Source of the DNA: a virus
Lineage: Duplodnaviria; Caudoviricetes
IMG/VR virus record: IMGVR_UViG_3300048861_000085
Coordinates: 1 to 47,064 of that record
Reading direction: 5' to 3' (one strand)
DNA length: 47,064 nucleotides
Numbering within the stretch: the stretch's first letter is position 1; the number at the start of each line of letters is the position of its first letter. The position numbers and the translations under genes were made by a program. Of this stretch, positions 45,680 through 47,064 are shown piece after piece. The notes beneath the pieces are model-generated. The model saw only the letters and a program-made list of their open reading frames with translations, was not told where the DNA came from and searched no databases.

Positions 45680-47062
45680 ATGAAAGACATTCTCGATATG
45701 GAAGGTTGGTCGCTGACCGACAAAAGGACCGAGGGACTGGTAGAGACCTTCTCGGCGGAATACGTGCACGAGCCCATCGCCTGCTCCAAGTGCGGCGGCA
45801 TCAAGCTGTACAGGCATGGCACCAAGAAGACGACGTATGCGGACGCGCCGCTGCGCGGCTTTGCAGCCAAGCTGGAGGCGACGGTGCGACGCTACCGGTG
45901 CCGGGACTGCGGCGAGACGTTCCTGCAACCTCTGGGCGGCGTTCTGGACGAGCGCCGCATGACGGTGCGGTGCGCGGAGTTCATTGCCAAGCAGGCGCTG
46001 AAGCACACCTTCGTCCATGTCGCCCGCGAGGTCGGCATCGACGAGAAGACAGTGCGGGCGGTGGCTGCCGAGCGGATGGCGGAGCTTCAGTCCAGTCGCG
46101 CAATCCGGCTTCCCAGGGTGCTGGGCGTGGACGAGACCATGATTCACAAGATTCAGCGGCTTGTGCTCACGGACATCGAGGCCCGTCGGCTTTTGGACAT
46201 GTATCCGCGTCGAGACGACGGCGCCCTGGAGGTATGGCTGGGGCAGTTTCGCGACCTGAGCGCCGTCAAGGTCGTGACGATGGACATGTGGCGTCCGTAC
46301 CAGCGGACCGTCAGGAAGCTGATGCCACACGCTGCCATCGTGGTCGACAAGTTCCACGTCGTCCGCTACGCCAACTTCGCGCTGGAGAGCGTTCGCATCC
46401 GGCTCGGCAAGGCGAAGCAGACCGAAGTGCGGCGATTCTGGGTGCGTTCCAAGGTTCAGCTCAACAAGCGGGCTCGCAACCTGACCGAGAAGCAACGGTT
46501 CAATCTGAGCATGTGGCTCGACAACGAGCCCGAACTGGCCGAAGCCTATCGCCTGAAGGAAGCCCTGTACGACTTGTACGACTTGCCCAAGGAGCAGGCG
46601 GAAGCGGCCTTCGACGCCTTCATAGCGAATGTTCCGACGGCACTGAAGAAGGACTTCGCCGAACTGACGCGCCTCATGAGGAACTGGCGCGCCGAGATTC
46701 TGGCTTACTTCGACCACCCGTACACGAACGCCTACACCGAGGCGGTCAATGGGCTGATGAAGCACATCGTCCGAGCTGGGCGAGGCTACAGCTACGAGGT
46801 GCTGCGCGCCCGAATCCTGGCTGCCGCCGGCGCGCCGAAGAGGAAACCTCTGAAGCTGGAGTTCCTGTTGAGGGACGAAGGAAACCCGTGCGCGAACTGT
46901 GGGCTTCCGTGCCGCGCCGAGGACATGCACCTCGTCACGTTGCCGCCAGTGACTCGCGGACAGCGCGCTAAACGCGCCCTGGTATGCGAGGTCTGCGAGC
47001 CGCGTTTCAACACGGAGAAGGTTATTGCTCATCGCAAGCCTTCCACACGGAAAACCGGATAG
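45680..47062 (+). CDS. ISL3-family transposase (copy 2)
   Basis: Identical translation to 41465..42847. Confidence 0.95.
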   Translation: MKDILDMEGWSLTDKRTEGLVETFSAEYVHEPIACSKCGGIKLYRHGTKKTTYADAPLRGFAAKLEATVRRYRCRDCGETFLQPLGGVLDERRMTVRCAEFIAKQALKHTFVHVAREVGIDEKTVRAVAAERMAELQSSRAIRLPRVLGVDETMIHKIQRLVLTDIEARRLLDMYPRRDDGALEVWLGQFRDLSAVKVVTMDMWRPYQRTVRKLMPHAAIVVDKFHVVRYANFALESVRIRLGKAKQTEVRRFWVRSKVQLNKRARNLTEKQRFNLSMWLDNEPELAEAYRLKEALYDLYDLPKEQAEAAFDAFIANVPTALKKDFAELTRLMRNWRAEILAYFDHPYTNAYTEAVNGLMKHIVRAGRGYSYEVLRARILAAAGAPKRKPLKLEFLLRDEGNPCANCGLPCRAEDMHLVTLPPVTRGQRAKRALVCEVCEPRFNTEKVIAHRKPSTRKTG

Positions 47063-47064
47063 CC

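Larger units (their letters stand above)
45322..47064 (+). mobile_element. ISL3-family insertion sequence, copy 2 (1,743 bp), no matching TSD
   Basis: Same sequence as 41107..42849; flanks are CCATTTCA (45314-45321) and AAGAGAAC (128-135, across the circular join). Confidence 0.95.

Overview
The window is a near-complete, circularly permuted genome (~46.9 kb unique) of a temperate, lambdoid-organised myovirus. GC content and gene style suggest a Burkholderiales-type host (inference). The first 127 bp are identical to the last 127 bp, which is an assembly overlap. An attP-like site (tRNA-Ser 3'-end core plus arm repeats) sits intact between the lysis/moron region and a tyrosine integrase, so this looks like the excised or virion form. 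Modules: early-left operon on the minus strand (Bet recombinase, exonuclease, KTSC, GntR-type HTH, two secreted proteins, MazG-like and ASCH-like genes, AlpA); cI/cro switch; Dam-like methyltransferase; DUF1376-type initiator with iterons; RusA; Q-like antiterminator with PR'/tR'; terminase; head; contractile tail and baseplate; tail fibre; lysis; integrase. Two identical 1,743-bp ISL3-family elements, each carrying a small passenger gene, have inserted in the early region. One has an 8-bp TSD and splits a MazG-like gene; the other lacks a matching TSD. Most notable observations: a PP-loop/QueC-like Zn-enzyme moron after the tail fibre; a HEPN-motif moron next to attP; a pair of secreted Gly/Ser-rich and Cys-rich proteins separated by structured RNA-like DNA; a CI whose autocleavage residues look dead; and the ISL3 passenger gene boxed by internal copies of the terminal repeat. 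All product calls come from motif recognition and synteny by eye; no database search was run.
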